A stretch of 64,000 nt of DNA. It comes from Felis catus (taxonomy: Eukaryota). Position numbers and translations under genes: made by a program. Shown here piece by piece: positions 27,203-39,202 of the stretch (position 1 is its first letter; each line of letters opens with the position of its first letter). The DNA is taken from assembly GCF_018350175.1 (NCBI RefSeq), contig NC_058368.1, positions 202,618,001 through 202,682,000 of the forward strand. The letters run 5' to 3'. The notes beneath the pieces are model-generated. The model was not told the origin of the DNA. It ran no database searches and was given only the letters and a program-made list of their open reading frames with translations.

Positions 27203-28000
27203 AGATGATGGCTACACTCCATCTAGCAATTTCATAATTTTGCTCTCAACTCGGTCATCAATTCTTAAGGAAAAATTAAAAAAAAAACACAGTAGTTTGA
27301 CACACTAAATATTAGGCAAATCAGATTAGACTATGTATTAATTGACAACATTTATGGAAACATTCTTCTGAGGGTAACTTTCCATTTCACGCAAGAATGT
27401 TATTATTTATCTATAATTTGTTATTTTATCGGAACATTAGAAAGTTTAAAAAAAAGCTCGTTAGAGAAATATGAAAAAGAGATTCAAACACATATAGGTT
27501 TTTATACAAAGAAGCATACAAACATGGAAACCTCATACGGGATAGATCTGAATGCTGTTTACATGTGAAAATTTATGAGAGTAACATGTTCTAAAGTATT
27601 CTAATGTATTTCTCTCTCCTTTAGTTTATATCATACTGCATTGTGTGAAAAGACCAATTGTCATAGTGGCTTAATATTCTGTGGGAATTAAATGACCACA
27701 AAATTTGAGAGAGAAACAAGAAGGAGAATACACAAATTATTTTACAGAAGAATGAAAAAAAATGGAATTAGGAGATAGGAGTCAAAGAGCTAATACAATA
27801 TAGGTAGATTGCCTTTTCTTCTTTCAGCTGTGTTCCAACCATTCAGGCCATTTGGCATTGTCAATAGGTGTCTTTGAATCTGCTCTTTCTTCCAAATGGA
27901 AAAAACAAAACAAAACAAACAACCAAAAAGCTTATACCCTTTATCATAGCCAACTTTTGTTTAATATCTTAATTCTAGATTTCTTTTTGCTGAGCAAAAT

Positions 28001-28002
<2 letters not shown>

Positions 28003-28050
<48 letters not shown>

Positions 28051-28217
28051 GCATACACAGGAGAGGGAGGGGCAGAGATAGAGACAGACAGATTCTTATG
28101 CAGGCTCCATTCATAGCACTGAGCCCAATGCAGGGCTGGATCTCACAATCCTGGGGTCATGACCTGAGCCAAAATCAAGATTTGGATGCTCAACCAACTG
28201 AGGCACTCAGGCACCCC
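28003..28217 (-). mobile_element. Older Can-SINE with T44 tail
   Basis: Pure T run 28003-28046 then diverged antisense body ending caggcacccc; degenerate TSD ctgagcaaaattctt / ctaagctatattctt. Confidence 0.9.
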
Positions 28218-28700
28218 ACTAAGCTATATTCTTATTAAGATCTTTTATGTCTCATCTAGTAAGTAAACAATATGTTTATGGGTATATTTCTGCCAACTTC
28301 TTTTCATAATAACCTATTGTAATTTCTGTAACAGTTGTAACTTCTACCACATATCCTAATATTTGTATATGTAATCAGGTATTATTACTAGTTGGTTCTT
28401 TATGCATCTGGTAGTTTTGTGACATCCATTCACAACCGTGCTCAGCAAATTGTCTTTATTCAGTTGTGAATAAAGAATGGATTATTTACAGTGTCATATT
28501 TTACAAAGCTTCTTTGTCTTTTAAAGGTACTTTTACATACAACAACCAATGTTATAAATATATTATGAATAGAGAAGAAGACATTAAAAATATCTGCTCA
28601 AGGTCAAATAGAATGTTAATGACAGAAGTGGATCTAGGACAGCAGTCTCCTTACTTGTACTGTTCCTTATTTCCCATTAATGCAAGAATGAAGATTTGTT

Positions 28701-28911
28701 GGGACACCTGGGTGGCTCAGTTGGGTAAGTGTCCAACTTCAGCTTAGGTCATGATCTCATGTTTCGTGGGTTCAAGCCCCACGTCAAGCTCTGTGCTCGA
28801 CTGCTCAGAGCCTGGAGCCTGATTCAGATTCTGTGTCTCCCTCTCTCTCTGTCCCTCTCTGCTCATGCTCTATCTGTCTCTCTCAGAAATAAATAATAAA
28901 CATTAAAAAAA
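28701..28911 (+). mobile_element. Can-SINE
   Basis: TSD AAGAATGAAGA(T/C)TTGTT at 28684-28700 and 28912-28928. Confidence 0.94.
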
Positions 28912-29271
28912 AAGAATGAAGACTTGTTGGAAACCTTGAATGAAGAAATCATATGTCCAGGTGATTAGTAAAATAGAAATCTCCTTCTCCTTTATTATTT
29001 TCATGATATAGAGCTTACCAAAACCTTTCTTGAGGGACTAATTTGAAGGATAACCATAGCAAAGCCTTGGATTTCCAATATTCTAGGCAGAATGCCTTAA
29101 ATCCTAAAATAAATTATAAAATTAGGTGGGCGAAAATTTATGGTTGAAATACGACTTTTTGAAAAAAATTGACCTAATTGGAGGAGTACCTATGTCAAAT
29201 AGGCATACACCTACTAGAAATCTAGCATGCTGGAGAAGACTGAAATAAAGATTATAAAGAAAACATTAACA

Positions 29272-29463
29272 GGGGTGCCTGGGTGGCTTAGTCGCTTAAG
29301 CATCTGACTCTTGATTTCAGTGCAGGTCATGATTTCACAGTTCCTAAGTACAAGTCCCACTGTCAGTGTGGAGCCTGCTTGAGATTCTCTGTCTTTCTGC
29401 CCCTCCCCCACCCTCTCTTTCCCTCTGTCTCTCAAAATAAATAAATAAACTTCAAAAAAATTA
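29272..29463 (+). mobile_element. Can-SINE (older, internally shortened)
   Basis: ggggtgcctgggtggcttag head, gactcttgatttcag variant, A-rich tail; degenerate TSD ataaagaaa.... Confidence 0.88.
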
Positions 29464-29525
29464 ATAAAGAAATATTATAAAAGGGCATACTAGAAGGTGC
29501 TAAACTAATTAAATGTGAGAGGATT

Positions 29526-29752
29526 AAAAAAAAAAGGGGGAGCGCGTGGGTGGCTCAGTCGGTTAAGCATCTGACTTCAGCTCAGGTCATGATCTCTCAG
29601 TCTGTGAGTTCGAGCCCCGCGTCGGGCTCTGGGCTGATGGCTCAGAGCCTGGAGCCTGCTTCCAATTCTGTGTCTCCCTCTCTCTCTGCCCCTCCCCCGT
29701 TCATGCTCTGTCTCTGTCTCAAAAATAAATAAACATTAAAAAAATTTAAAAA
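29526..29752 (+). mobile_element. Can-SINE (SINEC_Fc type) with extra 5' A10
   Basis: Perfect 15-bp TSD AAATGTGAGAGGATT at 29511-29525 and 29753-29767; body starts 29536. Confidence 0.94.
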
Positions 29753-29968
29753 AAATGTGAGAGGATTCATGGCACACTCTAGCACTGGAAAGCATGTAGG
29801 TGATGGAGATGAATACTTATTCTCCCTAATGCCCAGTAATGATGAAGTCTTGACTTGCCTAATTCACAAAATTTGATTTCCTAAAGTACAGCAGAAATGA
29901 CGAGAGTCCACTCCAACCAAAATTGAAGAATTTATTTGTTAGGGTTAAGTGTTAAGAACCTGAAAGGA

Positions 29969-30176
29969 GGAGTGCTCGTCAGGTAAGCATCTGACTCTTG
30001 AACTTGGCTCAGGTCATGATCTCATGGTTCATGGGTTCCAGCCCCATATTGGGCTCTGTGATGACAGCATGGAGCCTGCTTGGGATTCCCTCTCTCCCTC
30101 TCTTTCCGCCCCTCCCCTGCTCACACTCTCTCTCAGTCTCTCAAAAATAAATAAACTTAAAAAAATGTTTTAATCA
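29969..30176 (+). mobile_element. Can-SINE (older)
   Basis: Degenerate head, intact core and CT tract; TSD aagaacctgaaagga / aagaatctgaaagaa. Confidence 0.88.
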
Positions 30177-30223
30177 AAGAATCTGAAAGAAAGCATGCAA
30201 GTAATCTTAAACTAAACAAGAGA

Positions 30224-30426
30224 GGGGCGCCCGGGTGGCTCAGTCGGTTAGGCGTCTGACTTCAGCTCAGGTCACGATCTCGCGGTCCGCGAGTTCGAGC
30301 CCCGCGTCGGGCTCTGGGCTGATGGCTCAGAGCCTGGAGCCTGCTTCCGATTCTGTGTCTCCCTCTCTCTCTGCCCCTCCCCCGTTCATGCTGTGTCTCT
30401 CTCTGTCTCAAAAATAAATAAACGTT
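30224..30426 (+). mobile_element. Young Can-SINE (SINEC_Fc type), virtually no poly(A)
   Basis: CpG-rich body; perfect direct repeat TTAAACTAAACAAGAGA at 30207-30223 and 30425-30441. Confidence 0.95.
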
Positions 30427-30444
30427 AAACTAAACAAGAGAAAT

Positions 30445-30710
30445 GGTATTATAAAGGGTTAAGCATGGTCAAGCTCTGGAACCAATTGCTTAGATTCATC
30501 TGTTTCTACCACACTCACTAGCTGTGTAACCTTGAATAAGTAACTTAATCTATTTGTGTCCTAGTTTCTTCATCTGTAATGTGGGGATGATAATTATATT
30601 TACTTCATAAAATTTTGAAGTAAATGGAGGAGCCTATGCATGCCAAATATATTGAAGAGTTCTTATTACATTTCTGTGCTCAATACACATAAATTATTAT
30701 TAATGGTTGT
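30445..30710 (+). mobile_element. MIR, near full length
   Basis: cactcactagctgtgtaaccttgaataagtaacttaatct...agtttcttcatctgtaatgtggggatgataat MIR core. Confidence 0.8.
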
Positions 30711-31415
30711 AGTTATGTATAAGCCAAAATTGAGTTTTCTTGTCTATAAATTTGTTCATAATTCTCCCATTTAAAAATGATTTGATGTAACTTCAAGTAG
30801 AAGTAGTCATACCATACAGCTAGAAATATTAAAAGGCACAGAAAGAAAAAGTTTATAATGCATAAGCCTCGTTAAAGAAATCAACAGAATTTGAATGTAA
30901 CTTTGCTTTTCTTTTCCTTCCGCCTACAGAATACTGGAGAAAATGGTTTGAACCCATTAGAGTAGCTATGTATAACATTTAGAATGAAAGAAACATTAAT
31001 GGCATTTAGTAATAGTTGGAACAAAGACAGGAAATGGATAGACCCTTCACTTGGGATCCATGGCATAATAATAAATGACAGAATGTAAGTGGAGTATTTT
31101 CAGTCTTGTTTAATAGCATCTACTGTGAAAGCAGAATATTTTAAACTGAATACACTGTAATAAGCTCTAGGCAAATTGAATTCAGAGTCAATACTTTTGT
31201 ATTTTAAATGAGCTCAATCCCCTGGCCCATGCCAATTGTACCTTAAAATGGTGATATCTTGGAGAAGATATGATGGACTGATTGCATAGGGTCTTTGATA
31301 AACCGTGAAAATGGGGAAAAAACTGGTTGTCCATGCTATATGTAAATAATGTTTGGATTTACAATGAGAAAATGAAGAAAGGTGCTGAAAATTGTAACCT
31401 GATATGTTTGATGTT

Positions 31416-31648
31416 TTTTTTATTTTTTTTATTTTTTAATGTTTATTTACTCTTGAGAGAGAGAAAGAGACAGAGTGTGAGTGGGGGAGGAACAGAGAGA
31501 GAGGGAGACACAGAACCCAAAGCAGGCCCCAGCCTCTGAGTTGTGAACACCAGCACAGAGCCCAACACAGGGCTTGAACCCACAAATCATGAGATCATGA
31601 CCTGAGCCAAAGTTGGACACTTAACCAACTAAGTCACTGAGGCGCCCC
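31416..31648 (-). mobile_element. Can-SINE
   Basis: Antisense body; 11-bp TSD TGTTTGATGTT at 31405-31415 and 31649-31659. Confidence 0.93.
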
Positions 31649-32099
31649 TGTTTGATGTTAATTCCAAGCAAGACTCTGCACCAAGTTATAAAAGAAATTA
31701 TTTGTGAGCATCAAGCAAAGACAGTATTTGGTCAGAGCAGGCACTGGTTTAATGAAAGCAAGTCATACCAGATCAGCCTTCTTATCTTTTTTCTTCTTTC
31801 ATATAGAAGATATCATGGGGGAGGGGGGGTGAAAAAAGTCTTGTTGAAAATTTGTTGAAAACCATGCTAAGTACATATACCAGTCCACTATGTCCTTTTT
31901 GAGATGAATGTTACATTGGCACATGCACTTCATACCAGGCTTTCTGCAGAGTTCTTTATAATATTTTATAATTAAATATTTGGACTAACAGAAAATAGAA
32001 TTGAGTTGGTTAATAACTGATTGTTTTCTGTTCCCACATCCCAAAAGGCAGATTGACTGATATCAACATAGAAGATATTCAGTTGATCTCTGTAAGATA

Positions 32100-32490
32100 T
32101 GAGTGTTTTCAACATATTAGTATGATCTGAGAACTTTTCAACATACTGATAATAACCTAGTTGAAGCCATCAAAGATGTGGCTAACACAAAGCAAAAACA
32201 AAATGGCTAATATGCTGAATTATAGATTCATATACAAGCAGATCTTATGTAAGAGGATGAACTGAGTCTAATAGAATGAATTTTCAAAACATAAGGTCTT
32301 ACATTAATATGAGAAGACAGGTACAAGACTCAAACGTAGTTCAGCTAAATGTGAAAAAAACATAGGGTTTTGATGACTGTAATTTCAATATATGTCAATA
32401 ATTCTGCCCATGTTAATGAAATAGAAAATTCTAACCAACCATATTTCGTAAGAAAAAAATGTAGTTTAATTGTGGGCATCAGTTTCTAAG
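32100..32490 (+). mobile_element. CR1/L3 LINE reverse-transcriptase remnant
   Basis: ctaatagaatgaatttt...taaggtcttacatt and atgtgaaaaaaacatagggttttgatgactgtaatttcaatatatgtcaataa resemble CR1 motifs NRMKFN..KVLH and CEKDLGVLVD.KLNMSQ. Confidence 0.55.
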
Positions 32491-34104
32491 ATCTTTTAAT
32501 TCTACAGACAATTTTCTTTCTGACTAGAAGGTATCTAATTATGTCTTTGAAATGTAAGTGCTCACTGGTTATCTACTTTTATTCTGGAAATGGGGCTTTT
32601 AGAACTAATTTAGATCCATTTATGAATTCATTTGTATGTGAGATAAATTAAGGGCATTGCGACACATCAATAATTAACTTTGTTTTTCAATAACCACCTT
32701 TCTCAAATAACTCACTTGATTATTTAACATAGTATTTAGGTATTAAGAAAGCTTCAAGCACACCTATATATTGTAAAAAACTACAAGAGTGTAACAGAGA
32801 GAAAGGAATTATGCCAAACTTCATAACAGATTTTTATTATTTTTACACTTAATCTTTTCAATTAAGTATTGAAAAGGCTATTTGCTTTTCAAAGTGTTTT
32901 TCCTTGTGGTACATCTCTTATTGTGTAGCTGAATTTAGTTCATAAATTTATATCACTCGTTATGATAGATCAGTAATGAACACACCTTGATTGATTGAGA
33001 ATCTTAGAAGCATGTGGCTTTCATTTCGTAGACTATTAACATCTTGTCTTATAAATATTTACTCTATTTTTTGTTATTAGTAGTAATAAGAAAATATTTA
33101 AAATTATAACAAAAATATCCTTGTAGATTAGTCATTTGCCAGTTTCCATTTGGAACACAGAGAAAGAGATTGACTTATTGTTTAACTTGTGGGAAGAAAG
33201 CCAGAAGTTGTATATTTCTCAATTGACTTCAACAAAAATAATGCCATCTCTAGTATACTTGCACGGCATCTGCTTGTTCCATCGCTGATTATTTTCATTG
33301 CAGCCAAACTATGGAAACTTGAACTGAAGCTTTCAAAAAAATGTGTATCTTTTTTTTTAAGTAAAAGAGATAACAGATTATAAGTTAACTCATTCTCTCT
33401 ATGAGCCTTTCATTTGTGAAATTCCATTTCATTAGAGAATCCAGAGCAAACCTTGGAGGAAGGTGTTAAATCTATATGAAATAAACAACCAATCAACTAA
33501 ACCCCTGTAATGCCTCTCATTAATATTAATAAAACATGACTATACAAAGCCTATAAAGGGGGAAAATGTCTGAAATTTATTCTAAAAAATAATTCTTGAC
33601 GAAGGATTAGTGCTGAGTCAGCCCAATCCAGTGCCCCCATTCTATGCCTCTTTGTAGCTTATTACAGTTGAATATACAATGGTGGTCCCTAAAATCTCAA
33701 TTACCAAATAGTAATTTAATATAGTTTATAATATTCCATTTAACATGACAGGAAAGAAAAATGTTTCACCGACTTTTGAAACCAGTAATTACCAACTACT
33801 ATAAGGGTCAAGTAACTCAACAAGAATAATGAGGAAATTTTATTCTCTAAAAATACTATTTAATGTATAAATGTTACTGTACATAAAAAATTCTTTAATC
33901 ACATGGCAACTTGAGACTATCAAGTTGAATACCTTTTGAAAAATAAATAAATAAGAAAATGCAGTCAATTCCATTAAAGGTCATTACCCAAGCATTGTCT
34001 GACCTGACCAAACTGACTTTAAAATGGAAAGAACACTCAAAGGCCTGCAGGAGCTAATCTAGTGATATAGATGTGTGAGTTTCACCATATATAAGACAAA
34101 AAAC

Positions 34105-34420
34105 AGCCTGTTGCTTCTGGTGAACTAGATAAGACTTATTCTCTCTAAGGGACACAGCCACTTCTTAATTTCAGCTGGTAATTGCCATGTGGAAATTTAT
34201 GCCCAGCGATGCCTAGAGTTAGGAAAGCTTGATATTCAGATTTTTATGGGAAATGTCATAGTTTTGTAGACATAAAAACATTATAATATAGTATTTAATT
34301 ATATATACTTATACATTATTTTACATAATTATTATTATTTTTTTAAATCGTGTATATTCCAAAGAAAAAACACGAGCAAGCCTGATTTCAAGCCAGCAAG
34401 CCAGCAGTTACCAGCTTCTC
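34105..34420. mobile_element. hAT-Charlie DNA transposon relic (MER102-like)
   Basis: ttgccatgtggaaatttatgcccagcgatgcc...cagatttttatgggaaatgtc...ccaaagaaaaaacacg...gccagcagtt match my recollection of MER102. Confidence 0.5.
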
Positions 34421-34805
34421 AAATTAATCAATTAGTAGGTTGACACCCTATTGCGTTGCCACTATATGCATCAATTCTTTCAGACTCAGACCCTAACAGG
34501 ATTCTTCCTTTCTCTTCCATTTACAAGAAGGGAAAAATCGATTGATGTTAAAGGCACATGAGGAAGATGGGAGAGTGGGACTTTGTCCACAGTGGTGGCT
34601 CATCCTGGACTTATCAGACTGGTTCCATTAATTTGGCTTTCTTTTTACATGAATCTAACTCATTTGACAATTTGTTTCAATAATATGATAAATTATCAGA
34701 CAGCTATGATTGAAGGAAATGGGCTAGATAAAATTCATAAATAAAAAAAAGACAGACAAGTTAACATTCAATATTATCCAGGAGAATTTTTGTCATTACA
34801 AGGCA

Positions 34806-34844
<39 letters not shown>
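34806..34844. repeat. (AAT)13 microsatellite
   Basis: Pure AAT run. Confidence 0.96.
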
Positions 34845-34845
<1 letters not shown>

Positions 34846-35439
34846 CACTTGCAGTTATGATGTTACTGAAAAACAACAAAAAGTCACCAAGCAGAATCTG
34901 TTGGGAACAGTTTTCTCAAAATTAGTATCTGTTGTCTTCTTCACTTCTCATGTTACCTCCTGCTGAGAAGTATCTGATGAGCAATCCAGTAATTAATAAA
35001 TAAAGATCTAGAGCTTTAGTAAGCAGTTACATGATTCAGGGGACCTGGAATTCAAGCTTTTGGTTCTAAGTATCCCAGATAAAGAAGGGCTTAATTTTAG
35101 GGTATATGGCATTCCCCTTATGTCAGTGATAAAATAAAAAAATATATATTCAGCATCCTAAATTTATCATAAGAAAAATGGTCTTCAGTTTCAAGTATGT
35201 AAAAGCTGCTTTAAGGCAGTTTTGAGCAATGTAAAAGTCTTTCAAGCTGGACTGAAAAAAGATTTGGGAAAGTATCCTATATACAGTTAAGTTTAACACT
35301 CCCTCCCCCATACCACAAGATCGATTTGCATCCACTTATTCAAATGAGATTAGAATGCTTTAGTAGCGTTAATCTATCACCTATTTTTTTTTTTTTACCT
35401 ATTATCTATCTACCTACCTACCTATCTCTTTATTTTTAT

Positions 35440-35890
35440 ATCCAATGATCTAGTGGGAAATTATTGGCAATAAAACAAAGTATTGCCCTCGTGGTTGTCT
35501 TATTTTTCCCAGGAAAATAGAAAATAAACAAAATAAAGACCTTTAAAGGATAATGCCAAGTAGCACAAATCCTGTTAAATCAAAAGCAAGAGAATAGAAT
35601 GCAGTGCCCTATGTCAAGCAAATCTATTTAAGATGGAACAGTTCTTAGATGCATCTCTGAAAAGATGACATTCAGGCAGAGAACTCAAGGAATTGAAGGG
35701 ATGAGTGGCACAAATATCTGGAGGGCCAGTATTCCAGGAGGAAGGGACAATGCATGCAAAGCTGACTCCTATATCTGGAGTAGAGTGAGAGAGGAGTTCA
35801 AAAATGATGTTGGAAAGACACTTGGGGCCAGTCAAATCACAAAGGGTCTTGTAAACAATGAGAAGATGTGGGGGGGGGGGTATTCTTTCT
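35440..35890 (-). mobile_element. L2 LINE 3' fragment
   Basis: tctctgaaaagatgacattcaggcagagaact...atatctggagggccagtattccaggaggaagggacaatgcatgcaaag. Confidence 0.72.
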
Positions 35891-35903
35891 AAAATGGATT
35901 GCT

Positions 35904-36137
35904 GGGGCACCTGGGTGGCTCAGTCGGTTAAGCGGCCGACTTCGGCGCAGGTCATAATCTCGCGGTCCGTGAGTTCGAGCCCCGCGTCAGGCTCTGGGCT
36001 GATGGCTCAGAGCCTGCAGCCTGCTTCCGATTCTGTGTCTCCCTCTCTCCCTGCCCCTCCCCCGTTCATGCTCTGTCTCTCTCTGTCTCAAAAATAAATA
36101 AAATGTTAAAAAAATTTTTTTTAAATAAATAAATAAA
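35904..36137 (+). mobile_element. Young Can-SINE (SINEC_Fc type)
   Basis: CpG-rich body; perfect 14-bp TSD TAAAATGGATTGCT at 35890-35903 and 36138-36151. Confidence 0.95.
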
Positions 36138-36637
36138 TAAAATGGATTGCTAAGTGAGACCCAGTTGCCTGTGCTGTGAGAACCCCACAAAGACAAAACA
36201 CAGAGAAGAGAGTCCTATATTCCTATTTCACAGAAAAAGCTACAGCACCAGGCACTGAGGGGCAGTGATGTGAGCACACGTCTAAGTAAGTTGACAAGCC
36301 AGTGGTTTGGGCCAAGCGTGGGTGTCCAGAGTAGCACAGAGGTGGCTCTGCATCATGAAAGCTCAAGGCAGCCCGGCAGAGCAATGCACTGAACTCACAG
36401 CAGCGAGTTTGGTCCGGCAGTGGGACAGCGGCCACCTGGCACCTGGGGAGAGCAAGGACTCACAGTGGCCTACATAAATAGGCCAGACTGATTTGCAAAC
36501 ACATGTCACGGATTCCCTAGCATGGTGGGTAGAAGAGGGGCCCTGACTTTATTTGGTCTTAAAGGTAGGAATGGCTAAGAAATTAATTAGATAAAAATAC
36601 TAAGCAGACTTCATAGTACTCTAAAGGCAGATGATTT

Positions 36638-36745
36638 AGTCATTCTTTCATTATGTCAGTCAGCAAGTATTTATTGATTGTCTTGTCTCTGTGCCAAGCA
36701 CTGTTGTAGGTACAATTATCCTGTCCTGGGAGTTCTACATTTTAA
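36638..36745 (-). mobile_element. L2 3'-terminal remnant
   Basis: cagcaagtatttattgattgtcttgtctctgtgccaagcactgttgtaggt. Confidence 0.65.
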
Positions 36746-38049
36746 TTGAATTTGTTACTATAAAAGAAATAATCGAGGGTAAGCTTGATTTTCTCAAGTA
36801 TCATGTTCAGTGAAGAGAAACCAAAACAAATGTTTGATTTCTAGCAGTCTCAGACCTTTAGTGATGCTTGAGCTCTGTGATTTATGGTTCTGTCTTAATT
36901 ATTGGAAGGATTCTCAACATCTTTTCCAAGGTGAAGCTGATTCCTTGTCAATATATATAATGATGTCAAATATTAATGCTTGATTTTTTTTTTTACCTTT
37001 CCTTTAATCTCTTTTAATATCACTACCTCCAGGAAGTCTTTGTTAAAAGTACCCTGTGTACTTGCCTTTATATCAAATGAAATCATGAGGAATCCATTTA
37101 AAATGCTGCTACAATTATAAAAATAATGTGTTGGTTAACTGGCTGTTTTCTTTTAACCCTGGAGAGAATCTTTCATGTCTCTATGAGCCATTTGCTTTAC
37201 CTTTCTCTACTTATACAGTGATGCAGGGGACCTAAAATAACTTCATGGAAACAAAACAGAACTCTGTTCAAATATGAGGGGAGATTTGAATTTGACTCAT
37301 TTCCCTCTAAAAAAGCAAAAGATAACATGTTTGCAATATGTCCTATTTTAAATTATTATTATTTCTTTTCTTTTGCTAGAAAAAAACCTGTATTAGACAA
37401 TATTAAATCACTCTATGCATTTAATTTGATGACTGAAGTATCATTTGGTTTGTGACATTTCCCTGATGATATATTTTTTCTTATCTAAAATTTAATTTTA
37501 TCAATGTGCATGACAGCCACTTTGATATACATATGGGATTGTATTAGAGAAGGATTTATTTGAATCATCTGTTATAACTCAGTTTAAGAAAAAAATACAT
37601 TCAGGCTTCCTTTGGGTTTTTCTCTCTTCACTCCATCACCTGCTACTTTTCTGAAGAGAAAGCACATTTGAGCTCATAAGGAAAATATTTCTTAGTGATC
37701 TTCCAGTGAAATTTTGATGAGGGTTGAAAATATAAAATAATTTATTAAATAGAAATAGTGTTTTTAAAATATAATTATGAAATGAGAATGCACACAGATT
37801 ATCAATTTAAATATCTTTTATTCATGGAACCTGAGGAGTATTTAGAGCATTACAGAATTCTTTCATGTGATTTCTGTCATATTAGACATTTGATAGCTGT
37901 GTATAATTATTTTCACAGTGGTTGCTATGAAGACAGACATAATTTAAATGCATATTCTTTCTGTTGGTAGGGCTAGAAGAAACATATTAGCAATTATTAT
38001 ATGCCAAATTAAAAGGAGTATGCCACTTTCTACTTGGTCCTTTACTTAG

Positions 38050-38270
38050 TAATTATGCTCACTATATGTTAGGAACCCTCATGTGCACATCACCTTACTT
38101 AATTAATCTTCACCAATTCTAAAGTGCACATTGCCAATCCCAATTAGTGAGGAAAATGAGGAAACCAGAGCTCTGATTTGTTAATTTCACCACTACACAT
38201 GGCAGAGCTGAGTTAACTCAGGTATGTCTCAATCCAAGCCTCAAAAGCTCTTTAATGATTTGGCCATTCT
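38050..38270 (-). mobile_element. MIR remnant
   Basis: ttaatcttcaccaattct...aatgaggaaaccagagctc...tggcagagctgagttaactcaggtatgtct. Confidence 0.6.
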
Positions 38271-38299
38271 GTCTCAACATCTGGGACTTTATCATCTAT

Positions 38300-38672
38300 T
38301 GTCTTAGCTCAGGTTTCCAATAAAAAAATACCTCAGACTGGGTGGCTTAAACAACAGATATTTATTTCTCACTGTTTTTAAGGCTGGAAGTCCAAGATCA
38401 AGGTGTCAGCCAATTTGGTTGCTGGTGAGGGCTCTCTCCTTTGCTTGCAGAAGGTTATTCTCTCACTGTATCCTCACTTAGTGGAGAGCATGCCTTCTGG
38501 TCTCTTCTTATAAGGTCTTATGACTAATCCCCTCATGAGGATCCCACCCTCGTGACCTCCTGTAGACTTGCTATCCTCCCAAAGCCTCCATTTCCAAATA
38601 CGATTACTCTAGTGTTGGGGCTTCACCCTATGAATTTGGGTGGGAGGAGGGGAGAATACAATTCAGCCCACA
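38300..38672 (-). mobile_element. MaLR solo LTR (MLT1A-like)
   Basis: tgtcttag...agactgggtggcttaaacaacagatatttatttctcac...ggctggaagtccaagatcaaggtg...tatgaatttggg...attcagcccaca. Confidence 0.85.
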
Positions 38673-38744
38673 CGTTCCACTTTAACCCCAGCCTGGCACA
38701 TCTTTTAGGTGATCAAAATTGGATGTGTCAGCACATTGTTTTTT

Positions 38745-39202
38745 CATCTGGCTGGTAGCCAGCTGGCCACTGATGATCTTGCCTCCTGGGATTCGCACCC
38801 TATGTAATCCCATTTCACATTGTACCGGGATTGCTCTGTGTTACTGATAAAATATGGCAGCAGTAACCCTTCTATCTTGGGTTCTCCTCCTCTCCATCTT
38901 TCTGGGATCACTTGGCACAGGGGAATGTGGGGAGCCAGTTGTCATGTGTCAGCTGCCTAGTGGAAAGCACTGAGGTCTCCTGTCAAGAGACATTGGAGTA
39001 GCTGAGAGTGGATTCTCCATCCTTCAGTCGATGCATCCCTGGCTTACTTCTGGACTGACCTTCTCATGAGAAATTCTGAGCCAAAGGCACCCAACTCAGC
39101 TGCTCCCTGATTCTCACAGATTGTTTGAGATAATAAATATTTGTCACTTTAATCTGCTAAGTTTTAGTGTAATTTGTTACACATCAATAGATAATTAATG
39201 CA
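38745..39202 (+). mobile_element. MaLR solo LTR (MLT1F-like)
   Basis: tgcctcctgggattcgcaccctatgtaatccc...gagataataaatatttgtcactttaatctgctaagttttagtgtaatttgttacacatcaatagataattaatgca 3' terminus. Confidence 0.78.

Noticed and set aside
27852..28238. 128-aa ORF with poly-Phe
   Set aside because: Poly-T tail plus antisense SINE.
26753..31648. Repeated units with unique spacers as a CRISPR-like array
   Set aside because: Units are about 200-bp diverged SINEs with individual TSDs and irregular spacing in a mammalian intron.
36241..36435. Canonical RE1/NRSE site (HCN1 is a known REST target)
   Set aside because: Half-site-like words are about 180 bp apart; no full RE1 found by eye in the window.
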